Shown: positions 10,201 through 20,854 of the stretch, piece by piece
Numbering within the stretch: position 1 is the first letter of the stretch
How the letters are laid out: the number at the start of each line of letters is the position of its first letter
Notes under the pieces: model-generated
What the model saw: only the letters and a program-made list of their open reading frames with translations
Database searches by the model: none
What the model was told of the DNA's origin: nothing
Program-made: the position numbers and the translations under genes
Sequence record: DRR378314_644
Strand: one strand, 5' to 3'
DNA: 39,996 bases

Positions 10201-11976
10201 CCTTTAAATATTAAGTCGATGCTCGATGCCGTAATCTCTACAGGTGATGGGATTTTGGGTGTACTTTGTGCTGAGAGTGTGGGGGAATACCGAGCTTGGA
10301 GTCAGAACGAAGAAACTTATTTACGTTCACTTGCTACCCTTGTTGGCAGTGTATTAATGTCGCAAAACCAAAAAGAAACCGCTGAAGAATTAAAAGTTGC
10401 ACTGGCAAAAGCGAATGATGCTGCATTGGCGAAAAGCCAATTTTTGGCAACCATGAGTCATGAAATTCGTACACCAATGAACGGTGTTTTAGGGATGTTA
10501 GAACTAATTGAGCTGGAGCCGTTAAACAAGCCAGTACAAACGAAGGTCTCGATTGCGAAAAATAGCGCTCATTCTTTGTTGTCGGTGATCAACGACATTT
10601 TAGACTTTTCTAAAGTAGAAGCAGGAAAAATCGAGCTAGAGAGCATTAACTTTAATGCGTGTGATCTATTAGGCCAAGTGGCTGAATCGCAAGCTTTGCG
10701 GGCGCAAGAAAAGAACATAGAGATTATTCTTGATGTTGTTGGTGTGGTTCCTGCTGATCTTAGAGGCGATCCAGGGCGGATCCGTCAAGTGCTGACAAAC
10801 TTAATCAGTAATGCTGTTAAGTTTACCCAACAAGGCGAGGTTGTCATAACCGCCAATCTAGCGCGTTTAGATGAGCAGTATCAATTAACTATTTCGGTTA
10901 AAGATTCAGGGATAGGAATTGATAGTGCCAAACAAAAAGACTTATTTAGCCCATTTTCGCAAGTCGATGCCTCAACAACTCGTGAATATGGCGGTTCAGG
11001 TCTTGGTCTCGCTATCTGTAAGCAACTTTGTGAGCTTATGGGGGGCTCAGTGAGTGTTACCAGTAAAGTCGGTAAAGGCAGTGAGTTTACCGCTAGTGTT
11101 ATGTTACTACCAGGAATTGAAACTCAACAAAGTATTCCTCGTATCGATATGGAACAGCTGAGTATTCTAGTGGTTGATGACAATGAAACAAACCGGATAG
11201 TGATCAGCCAGCAATTAGAACACTGGGGAGCAAAAGTTGAGCTTGCCTGCGATGCAAATCAAGCTATTCGTTTATGCAAAAGTCGTGTTAGTGACAATTT
11301 ACCGCTTTATGATATTGCAGTCCTTGATATGCAAATGCCTGACATTGATGGCATCGAATTATGTCGAATATTAAAAGCAGATGAAGCATTTAAGGCTATG
11401 CCATTAGTGATGATGACCAGTATAGCGGGCATGGAAGGGGCGCAGCGCTACAATGATGCCGGTTTTCAGGCATACTTTCCTAAACCTATCACAACGGCGG
11501 ATCTTATTTCTACGATGGCAGTGATCGCAAATAACAGCGATGAAACTGATCTACCGCTTGTTACTTCAAGCTACATTTCATCGTTACGCAGTATAAAGAA
11601 GAATAATCACATCCTGCTAGTGGAAGATAACCCAATCAATCAACAGGTCGCTAAGCTAATGTTAAGTAAACTAAACTATCAAGTGACTTTGGCAGTAAAT
11701 GGGCAACAAGCATTGTCTATATTAGCAAAGGTGCCCGGCGACCATTTTGCTTTGGTATTGATGGATTGCCAAATGCCTATAATGGATGGGTTTGATGCCA
11801 CTCGCGCGATTCGCGCAGGTGAAGCCGGTTATAAACATCAAGATATTACCATTATTGCGCTGACGGCTAATGCCATGGATACCGATCGCGATTACTGTTT
11901 AGCCACCGGTATGAATGATTATTTAGCCAAACCAATTCAATTAGATATATTAAAAGAGAAACTCGAGCAATTTTAA
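7240..11976 (+). CDS. Hybrid sensor histidine kinase (TM-periplasmic-TM-HAMP, 4 PAS, GAF, HisKA, HATPase, 2 REC)
   Basis: PAS motifs '[12 protein letters not shown]', 'HPDD' x2; GAF 'SMLDAVI...GVLCAE'; H-box '[11 protein letters not shown]'; 'NAVKFT', 'DSGIGI', 'GSGLGL'; REC 'VVDDN..LDMQMP' and 'LVEDN..MDCQMP'; ATG 7240 preferred over TTG 7171, which lies inside the upstream hairpin. Confidence 0.92.
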   Translation: MQKNQSNYKGQSIRSKLIVTFIIISLVPLCLLSWFSFNHVTQSLEQNAEVELKELSHIGKQFADIWFTDHVKDIYLLSDQLQHNQLQKQLFIDKFIARYKFVDNIHILFDPQNTPSPRTRGQFTQLNQDQLIAMLAKLEQGERNVFISGSEPVAQHFIGVAIHDEQQRLTSIVLVTVNFQGLLTSLESIHEANPSLNFYLVKDRVIQGKNQSLSFIAGNESPEIQQGVFTYSKNNNELYYAILTDLNFADAKGWQLLVEKPSDVMLLSARQYKRMAVITSSIALVSILILSLWFARRLSRPLVQLAKATENITNGTQEHVPILTDSAELHQLSIDLELLVNSKEQQKARLQQQSDALKHALKQLTEQKNALDEHAIVAITDIKGSITFVNNKLCEISGYSEAELLGQNHRMLNSGRHNKSFFKGMYKTLKQGKVWHGQICNKAKNGAYYWVDTTILPFFDEQGHAQSYIAVRTDITALKHQEIELEQHKTQLQLVLDSTAVGVWDWYIDTDKVYFNNRWAEIIGYTLAELEPTDINTWQDNAHPDDLIVSEQKLTEHFCGHTDYYVAESRMKHKNGQWIWILDTGRVVEWNTDGTPKRMIGTHLDITERKEIETQLQQGRDRFASLVENIPGIVYRCKYDEQWTMLYMSDQTKTITGYEPHDLVHNYHLEFAQLIHPDDTTKVEQEIAKQVALQQPWSIEYRLIASDSSTHWVHEKGQAVFDDASNVLYLDGFILDITEQYNTQSQLYRQQSLLETMSKQGKIGAWEVDLERAKIYWSEEVKAIHEVSDNYQPKIEQALDFYKEGMHRDKISELFEKAVADGQSWEVELIIITKTGKERWVKSIGQAEFSEGKCIRVYGSFQNVDTYKRLELESIKANQYNKNLASLTVSPQILSGNFSKVKDLVAQSMCEVLNVQRASVWLFDSNNQEMHCMSLYSAEEGVQQQSFVLKVDEYPSYYKTIFAQGLLAINNVNTHPATVEFIKDYTSPLNIKSMLDAVISTGDGILGVLCAESVGEYRAWSQNEETYLRSLATLVGSVLMSQNQKETAEELKVALAKANDAALAKSQFLATMSHEIRTPMNGVLGMLELIELEPLNKPVQTKVSIAKNSAHSLLSVINDILDFSKVEAGKIELESINFNACDLLGQVAESQALRAQEKNIEIILDVVGVVPADLRGDPGRIRQVLTNLISNAVKFTQQGEVVITANLARLDEQYQLTISVKDSGIGIDSAKQKDLFSPFSQVDASTTREYGGSGLGLAICKQLCELMGGSVSVTSKVGKGSEFTASVMLLPGIETQQSIPRIDMEQLSILVVDDNETNRIVISQQLEHWGAKVELACDANQAIRLCKSRVSDNLPLYDIAVLDMQMPDIDGIELCRILKADEAFKAMPLVMMTSIAGMEGAQRYNDAGFQAYFPKPITTADLISTMAVIANNSDETDLPLVTSSYISSLRSIKKNNHILLVEDNPINQQVAKLMLSKLNYQVTLAVNGQQALSILAKVPGDHFALVLMDCQMPIMDGFDATRAIRAGEAGYKHQDITIIALTANAMDTDRDYCLATGMNDYLAKPIQLDILKEKLEQF

Positions 11977-12468
11977 ATGAATAACACACAGACAATCACA
12001 ATTAGAGATGCGCAGCCATCAGATGCAGCAACCATTTTGCACTTTATCACTGAGCTTGCAGTGTATGAAAAAGAACCCGATGCGGTAAAAACTAATGAGC
12101 AGGCAATTTTAAACACATTGTTTAGTGATGATGCCACAGCACACAGCGTAATTTGTTTAGAGGGTGATACGCCAATTGGCTTTGCCGTTTATTTTTATAA
12201 TTATTCAACTTGGCTTGGTAAAAATGGCCTGTACCTAGAAGATTTATATGTCAGCCCTGATAGCCGCGGAAAAGGCGCTGGCAAGCTAATAATGCAACAT
12301 CTGGCACGCCAAGCACTCGCAAAAGATTGCGGGCGTTTTGAATGGGTGGTGCTTGATTGGAATCAACCGGCTATCGATTTTTATAACAGCATGGGTGCAG
12401 AGCCCCAGAATGAGTGGATTATTTATCGATTAACAGGGCAAGCGTTAATTGATTTTGCAGAGAAGTAA
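11977..12468 (+). CDS. GNAT N-acetyltransferase (diamine/SSAT-like)
   Basis: 'ELAVYEK', 'YSTWLGKNGLYLEDLYV', 'RGKGAG', 'VLDWNQPAIDFY'. Confidence 0.88.
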   Translation: MNNTQTITIRDAQPSDAATILHFITELAVYEKEPDAVKTNEQAILNTLFSDDATAHSVICLEGDTPIGFAVYFYNYSTWLGKNGLYLEDLYVSPDSRGKGAGKLIMQHLARQALAKDCGRFEWVVLDWNQPAIDFYNSMGAEPQNEWIIYRLTGQALIDFAEK

Positions 12469-12479
12469 AAGTTAATATA

Positions 12480-12520
12480 AATAAAAATCATTTGCATTAA
12501 GTTGTTTTGGTGTGTAGATT
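12480..12520 (+). promoter_or_regulatory. Fur box overlapping a sigma-70 promoter
   Basis: AATAAAAATCATTTGCATT (12480-12498) matches AATGATAATCATTATCATT at 15/19; TTGCAT (12492-12497)-17 nt-TAGATT (12515-12520); upstream of Mn-SOD. Confidence 0.7.
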
Positions 12521-12554
12521 AAACTCACCAATTTAACTTTGTGCAGGTGATCCA

Positions 12555-13061
12555 ATGGCACGCCCTCAACTAAATGATAGTTTAAACTTACCACAAGTAG
12601 ATCAAGCGCTTAGCCCTTGGCAGTCAAATATAATGGCTGGTAACTATGCATTTGAACGTGGTGCTTTACTCGAAGCTCGCGATAAGTACACCTCTGCGCA
12701 CACACTTGCGGCGCACCTTTTAAACCAATTTAGCCACGCAAAAATATGCCAATCAGTTATTGGTGCTATAGAGCATTGTTGCCCAGCCTTGGTTGTTGCA
12801 GCACATAATTTAGCTGATACCTACCGAGCAATGAATCAATGTGAACAAGCGTGTAAATGGCTGTGTGATGTTCATCTCACTTTGAGTAATTTGATTCAAC
12901 ATCCGAGCAATACGGTGCGCACAGTTGTAGTTCATCACCACTATAAAACCCATTTAGAGCTAGTGCAGTTTGCTAAATTACATAGTAATCACCCGCATCT
13001 GATTGAAAAAATTAATCACACTTTAAGTTATTCACCTGATCAAACTGCAACCTTGCATTGA
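12555..13061 (+). CDS. DUF2753-like helical protein
   Basis: '[12 protein letters not shown]' and 'VVAAHNLAD' motifs recalled from DUF2753; His-rich C-terminus; position upstream of sodA. Confidence 0.6.
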   Translation: MARPQLNDSLNLPQVDQALSPWQSNIMAGNYAFERGALLEARDKYTSAHTLAAHLLNQFSHAKICQSVIGAIEHCCPALVVAAHNLADTYRAMNQCEQACKWLCDVHLTLSNLIQHPSNTVRTVVVHHHYKTHLELVQFAKLHSNHPHLIEKINHTLSYSPDQTATLH

Positions 13062-13092
13062 TCAATTAACCACAGGCCTTAAAGGAGTAATC

Positions 13093-13701
13093 ATGGCATT
13101 TACACTACCCCCATTACCTTATGAGTACGATGCACTAGAGCCTCATATTGACGCTAAAACCATGGAAATACACCATACATTGCATCATCAGACCTATATA
13201 AATAAAGCTAATGCAGCACTTGAAGGGACGCATTACGCGGAGCAAGACACAGCAACATTATTACGTAAAATAACGACACTTCCAGAGTCATTACAAAAAG
13301 CGGTGCAAGAGCATGTTGGCGGTCATAATAATCATTCATTGTTTTGGACTGTTATGAGCCCCGATGGAGGAGGCGAGCCACAAGGCGAATTGGTTCAGGC
13401 AATTAATAGTGCATTTAATGATTTTGACAGTTTCAAAACGCAGTTCACCAATGCAGCTGTCAGTCGTTTTGGCAGTGGTTGGGCGTGGTTATGTGTTAAT
13501 GCAAACAAGGAACTAGTGGTTCAGAGCAGCTTGAATCAAGACAGCCCTTTAATGGAAGGCAATACGCCTATATTAGCACTAGATGTGTGGGAACATGCAT
13601 ATTATTTGAAATATCAAAATCGTCGGCCTGAATACATTGCCGCATTTTATAATGTCATTAATTGGGCCGAGGTGCAGCGTCGCTTCCTTGCTGCAATTTA
13701 A
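13093..13701 (+). CDS. sodA: Superoxide dismutase [Mn]
   Basis: '[10 protein letters not shown]', 'HHTLHH', 'GGHNNH', 'NQDSP', 'DVWEHAYY'; GGH and QD are Mn-type determinants; AAGGAG SD. Confidence 0.92.
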   Translation: MAFTLPPLPYEYDALEPHIDAKTMEIHHTLHHQTYINKANAALEGTHYAEQDTATLLRKITTLPESLQKAVQEHVGGHNNHSLFWTVMSPDGGGEPQGELVQAINSAFNDFDSFKTQFTNAAVSRFGSGWAWLCVNANKELVVQSSLNQDSPLMEGNTPILALDVWEHAYYLKYQNRRPEYIAAFYNVINWAEVQRRFLAAI

Positions 13702-13784
13702 GGGTTGAGTGCCGAAAACGGCTAGTAAACTGTGTTTTTTCGCGTAAGCTAGTTGTTAGTCGCAGTTAGTTTGAGCATTAATTT

Positions 13785-15146
13785 ATGGATACCAGCCATT
13801 GGCAACGTGCCCGTCAAAGTCGTGATCATCGTTTTGATGGGCTGTTTTTTATTGCAGTGAAAAGCACTGGCATTTATTGTCGGCCTATATGTCCCGCCCC
13901 AACCGCAAAAGAACATAACGTAGAGTATTTTCAGTACGCTCATAGTGCGGCAATCGCTGGTTTTAGGCCTTGTATTCGTTGTAGACCCGACAGTGCGCCA
14001 GGCAGTAGCGCGTGGCAAGGCACACAAACCACAGCTTTGCGGGCAAAAGCTCTCATTGATAGTAATTTTAGCCAGCCGCAAAGTTGTGAACAATTGGCTG
14101 AACGTTTAGGGATCACCAGTCGTTACTTACGCCGTTTATTTGATCAACATTTTGGTATTTCAGTTACTCAATATCGTTTATTTAATCAATGCCATTTTGC
14201 TAAAAAGTTACTGCAAGAAACCAGCTTGCCTGTCTCTGAGATAGCCTTCGCAGCGGGTTTTAACAGTATTCGTCGTTTTAATGATGCGTTTTTACAGCAG
14301 CTACACATATGCCCGAGTAAAATGCGCACCAAGTCTAAGCCTAATACCAGCAAAATAACGCTAAAGCTGCCTTTTAGGCCGCCTTATAATTGGTTAGCAT
14401 TACAGCAATTTTTAGCAAAAAGATTGATTGCACCGATTGAGTGGTTATCCGACATTAGCTATGGCCGTAGTTTTAAGACTGAGCAATACCATGGTCAGTT
14501 TACGGCCACAATTGTAAAAGATAAGCATTATTTTTCAGTGGAAATAGACATAAGTGATCCCCGCTTTTTGCATCCTATATTGGCCAATATACGCCGTGTA
14601 CTTGATTTAGATGCAGATACTGCTTTGATAGAACAACATTTGAAAACCCATGTTCACGGCGCTTTTAAGTTGACGGAGGGCTTACGCTTACCGGGTATTT
14701 GGTCTGCTTTTGAAGCAGGAATGCGGGCAGTGTTAGGGCAGCAAGTTAGCGTGACTGCTGCCCATAACTTAGTCTCGCAGTTAGTTAATGAGTTAGGTGA
14801 AAAAGACCAAGCGCGTACTTATTTCCCTACTCCCTTAGCGGTAGCTAGCAGTGAATTGAGCTTTTTTAAAATGCCGCAGGCGCGTAAAAATGCATTGATT
14901 AACTTAGCTAGCTTTTGCCAACAACATCCGCATTGTACGGACTTAGATCAATGGCTGGCATTAAAAGGTATCGGCCCGTGGACGGTTAATTACGCTAAGT
15001 TACGGGGGCAAAGTCAGCCAGACATCTTACTTGATGGTGATTTAGGTGTTAAAAAAGCGCAAGCAAATGCCTCAGCTTTTGAGAGCGGGGCATGTTCACC
15101 ATTTCGTAGTTATTTAACCTTTCAACTATGGCAACAACTTATATGA
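13785..15146 (+). CDS. alkA: Ada-type regulator/AlkA 3-methyladenine DNA glycosylase fusion
   Basis: Ada Zn site 'GIYCRPIC...RPCIRC', AraC HTH 'IAFAAGFNSIRRFN', AlkA_N 'RPPYNW', HhH 'LKGIGPWT...D'. Confidence 0.9.
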   Translation: MDTSHWQRARQSRDHRFDGLFFIAVKSTGIYCRPICPAPTAKEHNVEYFQYAHSAAIAGFRPCIRCRPDSAPGSSAWQGTQTTALRAKALIDSNFSQPQSCEQLAERLGITSRYLRRLFDQHFGISVTQYRLFNQCHFAKKLLQETSLPVSEIAFAAGFNSIRRFNDAFLQQLHICPSKMRTKSKPNTSKITLKLPFRPPYNWLALQQFLAKRLIAPIEWLSDISYGRSFKTEQYHGQFTATIVKDKHYFSVEIDISDPRFLHPILANIRRVLDLDADTALIEQHLKTHVHGAFKLTEGLRLPGIWSAFEAGMRAVLGQQVSVTAAHNLVSQLVNELGEKDQARTYFPTPLAVASSELSFFKMPQARKNALINLASFCQQHPHCTDLDQWLALKGIGPWTVNYAKLRGQSQPDILLDGDLGVKKAQANASAFESGACSPFRSYLTFQLWQQLI

Positions 15147-15634
15147 ATACAACAGCACACACTATTCAAACGCAGATAATGAGCCCGCTTGATAATGTCA
15201 TTATTCAAGCAACAAACAAAGGTGTGAGTTATGTTGGTTTTTATCCACCCACTCAATACCCTGAAACCAGTATTGAGCAAGTTACTAACCTTCATATTAT
15301 TGAATGTGCAAAGCAACTCGAGCAATATTTTAATAAACAACGACAGAGTTTTTCATTAAGTTTGGATACCCAAGGCACCAAGTTTCAACAAGCTGTTTGG
15401 CAAGCGTTAATAGCAGTGCCTTATGGGAAAACGCAAAGCTATAGTGATATCGCAATTGCATTAAATAACCCTAAAGCTGTCAGAGCCGTTGGCGCTGCAA
15501 ATGGCAAAAATCCAATCAGTATTATCGTTCCGTGTCATCGTATTATCGGCGCCAGTGGAAAATTAACCGGTTATGCTGGTGGGCTAGAGCGTAAACAGTG
15601 GCTATTAAAACACGAAGGCATATTGCTTAATTAA
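15143..15634 (+). CDS. ogt: Methylated-DNA-protein-cysteine methyltransferase
   Basis: 'GTKFQQAVW', 'RAVGAANGKNP', active-site 'PCHR'; ATG at 15143 overlaps the alkA stop (ATGA). Confidence 0.93.
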   Translation: MNTTAHTIQTQIMSPLDNVIIQATNKGVSYVGFYPPTQYPETSIEQVTNLHIIECAKQLEQYFNKQRQSFSLSLDTQGTKFQQAVWQALIAVPYGKTQSYSDIAIALNNPKAVRAVGAANGKNPISIIVPCHRIIGASGKLTGYAGGLERKQWLLKHEGILLN

Positions 15635-15695
15635 CGAGACTTCAAAAAGCTAATTAACAACAGGTTTTGTTCAAGGTGACATATAAAAGGTGATG

Positions 15696-15733
15696 AAAGA
15701 GTGAATATGCGCTAGCATACTCGCTCTTTTTTT
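15696..15733 (+). terminator. Rho-independent terminator after alkA-ogt
   Basis: AAAGAGTGAATATGC-GCTA-GCATACTCGCTCTTT followed by a T-run. Confidence 0.55.
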
Positions 15734-15756
15734 GGATTTCAGTTCAAGGTAATTAA

Positions 15757-16341
15757 ATGGCTCAGCTGTATTTTTATTACTCTGCAATGAATGCAGGTAA
15801 ATCAACCACATTACTTCAATCGGCATTTAATTATCGTGAAAGAGGCATGGAGCCTGTGATATTAACAGCAGCTATTGATGATAGGGCTGGAGTGGGCAAA
15901 GTGTCGTCACGTATAGGGTTGCAAGCTGACGCGCATATTTTTGATGCAGATAAAGATGTATTTGAATTGATAAAAAGCCTCAATACTGAGCTAAAACGCC
16001 ATTGTGTTTTAGTCGATGAGAGTCAGTTTTTATCAAAAGAGCAGGTCTTACAATTAACGGATGTGGTTGATGAGTTGGGTATTCCTGTGTTGTGCTATGG
16101 CTTGCGTAATGACTTTAGGGGTGAGCTTTTTATTGGTTCACAATATTTATTGGCCTGGGCTGATAAATTAATCGAACTTAAAACCGTGTGTCATTGTGGC
16201 CGAAAAGCAAACCATGTTCTACGTACAGATGAAAATGGTCAAGCGATTGCTGATGGTAATCAAGTGGAAATTGGCGGCAATGACCGATATGTCTCGGTTT
16301 GCCGCAAACATTACAAAGCGGCGTTAAATCTCAGCCGTTAA
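15757..16341 (+). CDS. tdk: Thymidine kinase
   Basis: 'SAMNAGKST', 'DESQF', 'YGLRNDF', Zn ligands 'CHCG...VCRKH'. Confidence 0.96.
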   Translation: MAQLYFYYSAMNAGKSTTLLQSAFNYRERGMEPVILTAAIDDRAGVGKVSSRIGLQADAHIFDADKDVFELIKSLNTELKRHCVLVDESQFLSKEQVLQLTDVVDELGIPVLCYGLRNDFRGELFIGSQYLLAWADKLIELKTVCHCGRKANHVLRTDENGQAIADGNQVEIGGNDRYVSVCRKHYKAALNLSR

Positions 16342-17331
16342 TGCCTGAATAAATGTATCAATGGATTCTTTAGTGATACCCAAGTGTGTCACTAAACGAA
16401 GCGGTGCACCGGGTGAAAACAATATATTTTGAGTTGCTAAGCGTTGACTGATAGCCGTTAAGTCAATCTCATTATCGACATGAACATAAATGATATTTGT
16501 TTCAACTGTGCTAAGTGCGACATTAAAACCGCTCAGAGTATTGAGTTGCGTAGCTAGATACTGAGCATTGTCATGATCATCGGCTAAGCGCTTTGTGTTG
16601 TGTTCAAGCGCATACTGTCCAGCCGCTGCGAGCATACCTGCTTGGCGCATACCACCACCAAGCACTTTACGCCAACGCCGTGCTTTAGCAATAAGTGATT
16701 CGCTGCCAAGCAGCACCGAGCCCACAGGCGCGCCAAGCCCTTTAGACAAACACACAGATACTGAATCGAAGTGGTTCGTTATGCATGTAATATCGACGCC
16801 TAGTTTAGCCGCTGCATTATACACTCTTGCGCCGTCTAGATGCAGCGCAAGGTTATGCTCGTCTACGAACTCACGCGCCTCGTTAAGGTATTCAAGAGAG
16901 AGAACTTGGCCACCAATGGTATTCTCAAGGCTGATTAATTTGGTTTTAGCAAAGTGAAAATCATCAGCCTTAATCGCCGCTTTAACTTTGTTTAAGCACA
17001 GGCTGCCATCGGCTTCGTTTTCGATAGGTTGAGGTTGAATTGAGCCAAGAACAGCAGCGCCACCGCCTTCAAACTTATAGTTATGGGCACGTTGGCCGCA
17101 TATATATTCATCTCCACGTTCACAATGTGCCATTAAGGCTAATAAGTTGGCCTGAGTGCCTGAACTACAAAATAATGCATTGGCAAATCCGTGTTTTTGC
17201 GCGGCGTAATTTTCAAGTGCGTTGACACTGGGATCATCGCCATAAACATCATCACCTAGTGGGGCATTGTTCATAGTTTGGCGCATTGCATCACAAGGTT
17301 GGGTTACTGTGTCTGAACGAAAGTCGATCAT
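16324..17331 (-). CDS. ltaE: Low-specificity L-threonine aldolase
   Basis: 'DFRSDTVT', 'GDDVYGDD', 'HLDGAR', PLP lysine 'CLSKGLGAP', 'GGGMRQAG'. Confidence 0.95.
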   Translation of the reverse strand: MIDFRSDTVTQPCDAMRQTMNNAPLGDDVYGDDPSVNALENYAAQKHGFANALFCSSGTQANLLALMAHCERGDEYICGQRAHNYKFEGGGAAVLGSIQPQPIENEADGSLCLNKVKAAIKADDFHFAKTKLISLENTIGGQVLSLEYLNEAREFVDEHNLALHLDGARVYNAAAKLGVDITCITNHFDSVSVCLSKGLGAPVGSVLLGSESLIAKARRWRKVLGGGMRQAGMLAAAGQYALEHNTKRLADDHDNAQYLATQLNTLSGFNVALSTVETNIIYVHVDNEIDLTAISQRLATQNILFSPGAPLRLVTHLGITKESIDTFIQALTAEI

Positions 17332-17353
17332 TGTTAAGTTCCTTATCGTTGCT

Positions 17354-18286
17354 TTAGCTTAACGTTTGGCATATTTCTTCGCGTGTTGATTTATCAAAGT
17401 AAGACCACGCTAAAAAACGGCTTACTTTTTGCCCCTGAGCCATGTCGATTACTTTAACATCGGCCACTGGATGCTGGCTTAATATTTTCTGTAAAGCTGT
17501 TAGGGATTCTTTCTTTGATACCAAAGAGGTAAACCACAAACATTGCTCTGAAAAATCAGCACTTTCGTTGATCATCGTTGATATGAATTGTACTTCGCCG
17601 CCTTCACACCAAAGTTCATTATTTTGGCCACCAAAATTGAGCGTTGATTTAGGGGCTTTGCCAAGGTTACGCCATTTGCGTTCGCTGCCCTGTGATGCTG
17701 CTTGCTCATTTGCATGAAAAGGCGGGTTGCACAGTGTTAAATGAAATAACTCTTTAGCGTTAATGACATCATGAAAAATGTGTTTAGGATTATTTTGTAA
17801 TTTAATACTTATTTTGCGGTTATTAAATTGCGCTAGCTGCTTTGCTAGTTTAACTGAAACGGGGTCAATGTCTGTGCCTGTAAATGCCCAATTATACTCA
17901 GCACTGCCTGTAAGCGGGTAAACTAAACTGGCGCCAGTACCAATATCTAAAACTTTTACTTGTTTTCCTGTAGGGATCACGCCGTTATTATCATCTGCAA
18001 TTAAATCAGCGAGGTAGTGTATATAATCGACACGACCAGGTATTGGTGGGCACAGGTTATGCGCCGGTAGGTCCCAGAAATTAACATTATAATAGCTTTT
18101 TAATAGAGCTTGATTGAGCGTTTTAACTGCTTTGTTGTCACTAAAGTCGATACTTTTTTGACCTGAAGGTGTTTCAACTAAGTAAGGGGATAGTGCAGGC
18201 TCATTGTGTGTTAAAAGCGCAAAGTCATATCCTTGGTTATGGCGATTACGAGGATGAAGTTTTGTTTTTTTAGGCGCAGATTTCAT
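17354..18286 (-). CDS. rlmF: 23S rRNA m6A1618 methyltransferase
   Basis: 'LHPRNRH', 'LCPPIPGR', 'DIGTGA', 'CNPPFH', 'ELWCEGGE', 'MAQGQK'; ATG at 18286 preferred. Confidence 0.95.
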   Translation of the reverse strand: MKSAPKKTKLHPRNRHNQGYDFALLTHNEPALSPYLVETPSGQKSIDFSDNKAVKTLNQALLKSYYNVNFWDLPAHNLCPPIPGRVDYIHYLADLIADDNNGVIPTGKQVKVLDIGTGASLVYPLTGSAEYNWAFTGTDIDPVSVKLAKQLAQFNNRKISIKLQNNPKHIFHDVINAKELFHLTLCNPPFHANEQAASQGSERKWRNLGKAPKSTLNFGGQNNELWCEGGEVQFISTMINESADFSEQCLWFTSLVSKKESLTALQKILSQHPVADVKVIDMAQGQKVSRFLAWSYFDKSTREEICQTLS

Positions 18287-18427
18287 GGGTACTATTTGCA
18301 GAGAGAACAAGCATGTAGTTTATCATTTTGATTGCAAAAGTGCTGTAAAATTAGCGGTGTTATATTTTTTAAATACTGGTAGGATGAGTTGCATGGAGAG
18401 AATAAAATAATAACACGGTATGTGACT

Positions 18428-19327
18428 ATGTCAATAACTCAAGAATCGGTATATATCAAGCTCAACGAACAGCAAACATTGCATTTAAGGCGCATTTATA
18501 ATGCAACTAAATCAGGCCCGGCTGTATTGTTTGTTCACGGCGCTGTTGAAAACGGCAAAATATTTTACACTCACAGTAATAAAGGCTTAGCGCCTTATTT
18601 AGCTGAGCAAGGATATGTCTGCTACGTTGCCGACTTACGAGGAAGGGGAGAGAGCCGCCCAGCTATTTCATCTCAGGCTCAATATGGACAAACAGAGGCA
18701 ATAACCGAAGATATTCCCGCATTTGTAGCTAAAATTAAAGAGTTAGAAGGGGAAGCACCGGCTTATTGGGTTGCTCATTCGTGGGGAGGCGTGTTGATGA
18801 ATAGTGTTTTCGCGCGTTACCCAAACTATATAAATGATGTAAAAGCGTGTGCATACTTTGGTACTAAACGTTCTTTATATAATCATCACCCCAAAAAATA
18901 TTTCCAAGGTAATGTTATTTGGTACTTTTTAGCACCTATTCTAGCTAAAAAATACGGCTATTTGCCCGCCAAAAAATTAAAATGGGGCAGTGACGATGAA
19001 ACGCAAAAATCGCATTATCAAAGTATGCAATGGGCCAAAAGACGACCCTGGGTAGACTCTGATGATGGCTTTGACTATGCAAAAGTGGTTAGTAATATGC
19101 ACTTACCGCCTACTTTGCATATTGCGGGTGTAAAAGATAAAGCGCTGGCTCAGCCAATTGATATCCAAAAGTTTATGGATGAGTCAGGCAAAGGCAAGCA
19201 ATCACTGCAAATTTATGGGCGCAAGCATGGTCATCAACATGATTATGATCACATTAATATGCTTACTCACCCAAGTGCAAAGCAAGATCAGTTTACTGAT
19301 TTGCTCAATTGGTTTGCGGCTCATTAA
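18428..19327 (+). CDS. Alpha/beta fold hydrolase (esterase/lipase-like)
   Basis: 'HGAVEN' oxyanion region, 'DLRGRGES', nucleophile elbow 'AHSWGG', C-terminal 'YDHINML'; ATG at 18428 preferred. Confidence 0.85.
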   Translation: MSITQESVYIKLNEQQTLHLRRIYNATKSGPAVLFVHGAVENGKIFYTHSNKGLAPYLAEQGYVCYVADLRGRGESRPAISSQAQYGQTEAITEDIPAFVAKIKELEGEAPAYWVAHSWGGVLMNSVFARYPNYINDVKACAYFGTKRSLYNHHPKKYFQGNVIWYFLAPILAKKYGYLPAKKLKWGSDDETQKSHYQSMQWAKRRPWVDSDDGFDYAKVVSNMHLPPTLHIAGVKDKALAQPIDIQKFMDESGKGKQSLQIYGRKHGHQHDYDHINMLTHPSAKQDQFTDLLNWFAAH

Positions 19328-20747
19328 GTAAGGTCTGTAACGTTTTCTCAAAGCGTTTGTACTGTGCCGTTGCTTTGTTATTAATGGGTTCACGTACAGC
19401 ACTTTTACTGAGTGTTGTAACAGGTTTTTTTGACTTATAAAACTCAAGGCAGTCAGGTTCAAACTCACAGCCTAAAAAATCGAACACGGTTTTAAGCTGT
19501 GATTCAGGCTCGTTTACAAGCTCTTCATACTGCACTGTGAGTATTGAGTGGGAAAAAGAGCGATGCCAATGTTCCATCAGCGATTGATATAGACCATAGT
19601 ATGTTTTGAACTCTGGTAATGAACAAAAGTAAGGCTCATTTTCTGCAAAATAATTGCTATATACCGACCACGCCGTTGCGTCAAAGTTACGTTGCATATC
19701 AATAAATATTGCGTTGGGATAAAGCAGTTTTATTAACCCCATTGATTGATAATTTGCGGGTAATTTATTAATCATAAATTGGCGAATAGGTTTAGCCTGC
19801 TTTAACCTTTGTGTATAAATATCGCGAGCTTGTTCTATTATTGTAGGCGTCAATGCCATTACACAGGCTGGGTATGAAAGTTGTGTTTTATGCTCAATAA
19901 ATGGCACAACATCTCTGCTGATTGTTATATCCTCACCAATGCTGGCACACTCACTGTGACTGGCAAGAATCTGCTCTAATAATGTTGAACCGCTGCGTGG
20001 CATGCCAACAATAAACACAGGAGTCACGGAGCCGGTAAAGTTTTTATCTATATCAGTAAAAATTGAAGGGGGATGATTTTCAATCAATGCCTCATAAAAG
20101 CCACTCAACTGCTGCGTTTTAAAATCAGCTAATTGAAACTGTTGCTTATTAGCGAGGGTATAATAATTTGCAGCTTGGTCGATATCATCAAGCTTGTCAT
20201 AACTTTTAGCGAGTGCGTAATAACACACCATTTTCAGCCGTAGGTTATTTGTTTGCGTTAGCAAATGATGCAAATTACTGATGTAATTGTGTTGCTTATC
20301 AAAGCGACCTAATTGCACAAGTTCATATAGAATGTAGGCTGTGACAGGGTAAAGTCCGATACTCAGTGCTTGGGCAAATGTAGTGTGGGCTTTATCTAAT
20401 TCACCATGGGTTAGGTAATGCTGTGCAAGGTAGTAGTGTGGATCAGGGTTGTGGCTTGCCAAAGATTTTGCATACTCTAATACTGTTAACGCATCATCAG
20501 GGGAGTTCACACCGTTGAATGCATCTGCTAGTGCATGCAGTGGCTCGAGCATATTTGGTAAGCGTTCACACGCTCTTTGCAAAAGATAAACGGCTGCATC
20601 AAAACGCTCTAAACGAAGTGCTATTCGGCCTAAACCAAATAAGGCGCTGCCATTTTGAGGGTCGGTTTTTAGTATTGTTTTATAATGAAATTCAGCGTCT
20701 TTTAATTTGTTCTGCGCTAAAAGTTCATTGGCTTTTTTCAGTAGCAT
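19305..20747 (-). CDS. TPR-containing sulfotransferase family protein
   Basis: N-terminal TPR helices; 5'-PSB 'FIVGMPRSGSTLLEQIL', 'NKLPAN', 3'-PB 'RNFDATAWS', 'YEELV'; start may be ATG 20747 or GTG 20774. Confidence 0.88.
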   Translation of the reverse strand: MLLKKANELLAQNKLKDAEFHYKTILKTDPQNGSALFGLGRIALRLERFDAAVYLLQRACERLPNMLEPLHALADAFNGVNSPDDALTVLEYAKSLASHNPDPHYYLAQHYLTHGELDKAHTTFAQALSIGLYPVTAYILYELVQLGRFDKQHNYISNLHHLLTQTNNLRLKMVCYYALAKSYDKLDDIDQAANYYTLANKQQFQLADFKTQQLSGFYEALIENHPPSIFTDIDKNFTGSVTPVFIVGMPRSGSTLLEQILASHSECASIGEDITISRDVVPFIEHKTQLSYPACVMALTPTIIEQARDIYTQRLKQAKPIRQFMINKLPANYQSMGLIKLLYPNAIFIDMQRNFDATAWSVYSNYFAENEPYFCSLPEFKTYYGLYQSLMEHWHRSFSHSILTVQYEELVNEPESQLKTVFDFLGCEFEPDCLEFYKSKKPVTTLSKSAVREPINNKATAQYKRFEKTLQTLLNEPQTN

Positions 20748-20854
20748 GCGTTTACGTATTTGTTTTTTAGTCACTATAAAACGAAAAAGGCGAAATGTGA
20801 AAGAGAACTCTTCCACATTTCGCCAGATACATTAATAAACGTTATAAACTTAGA

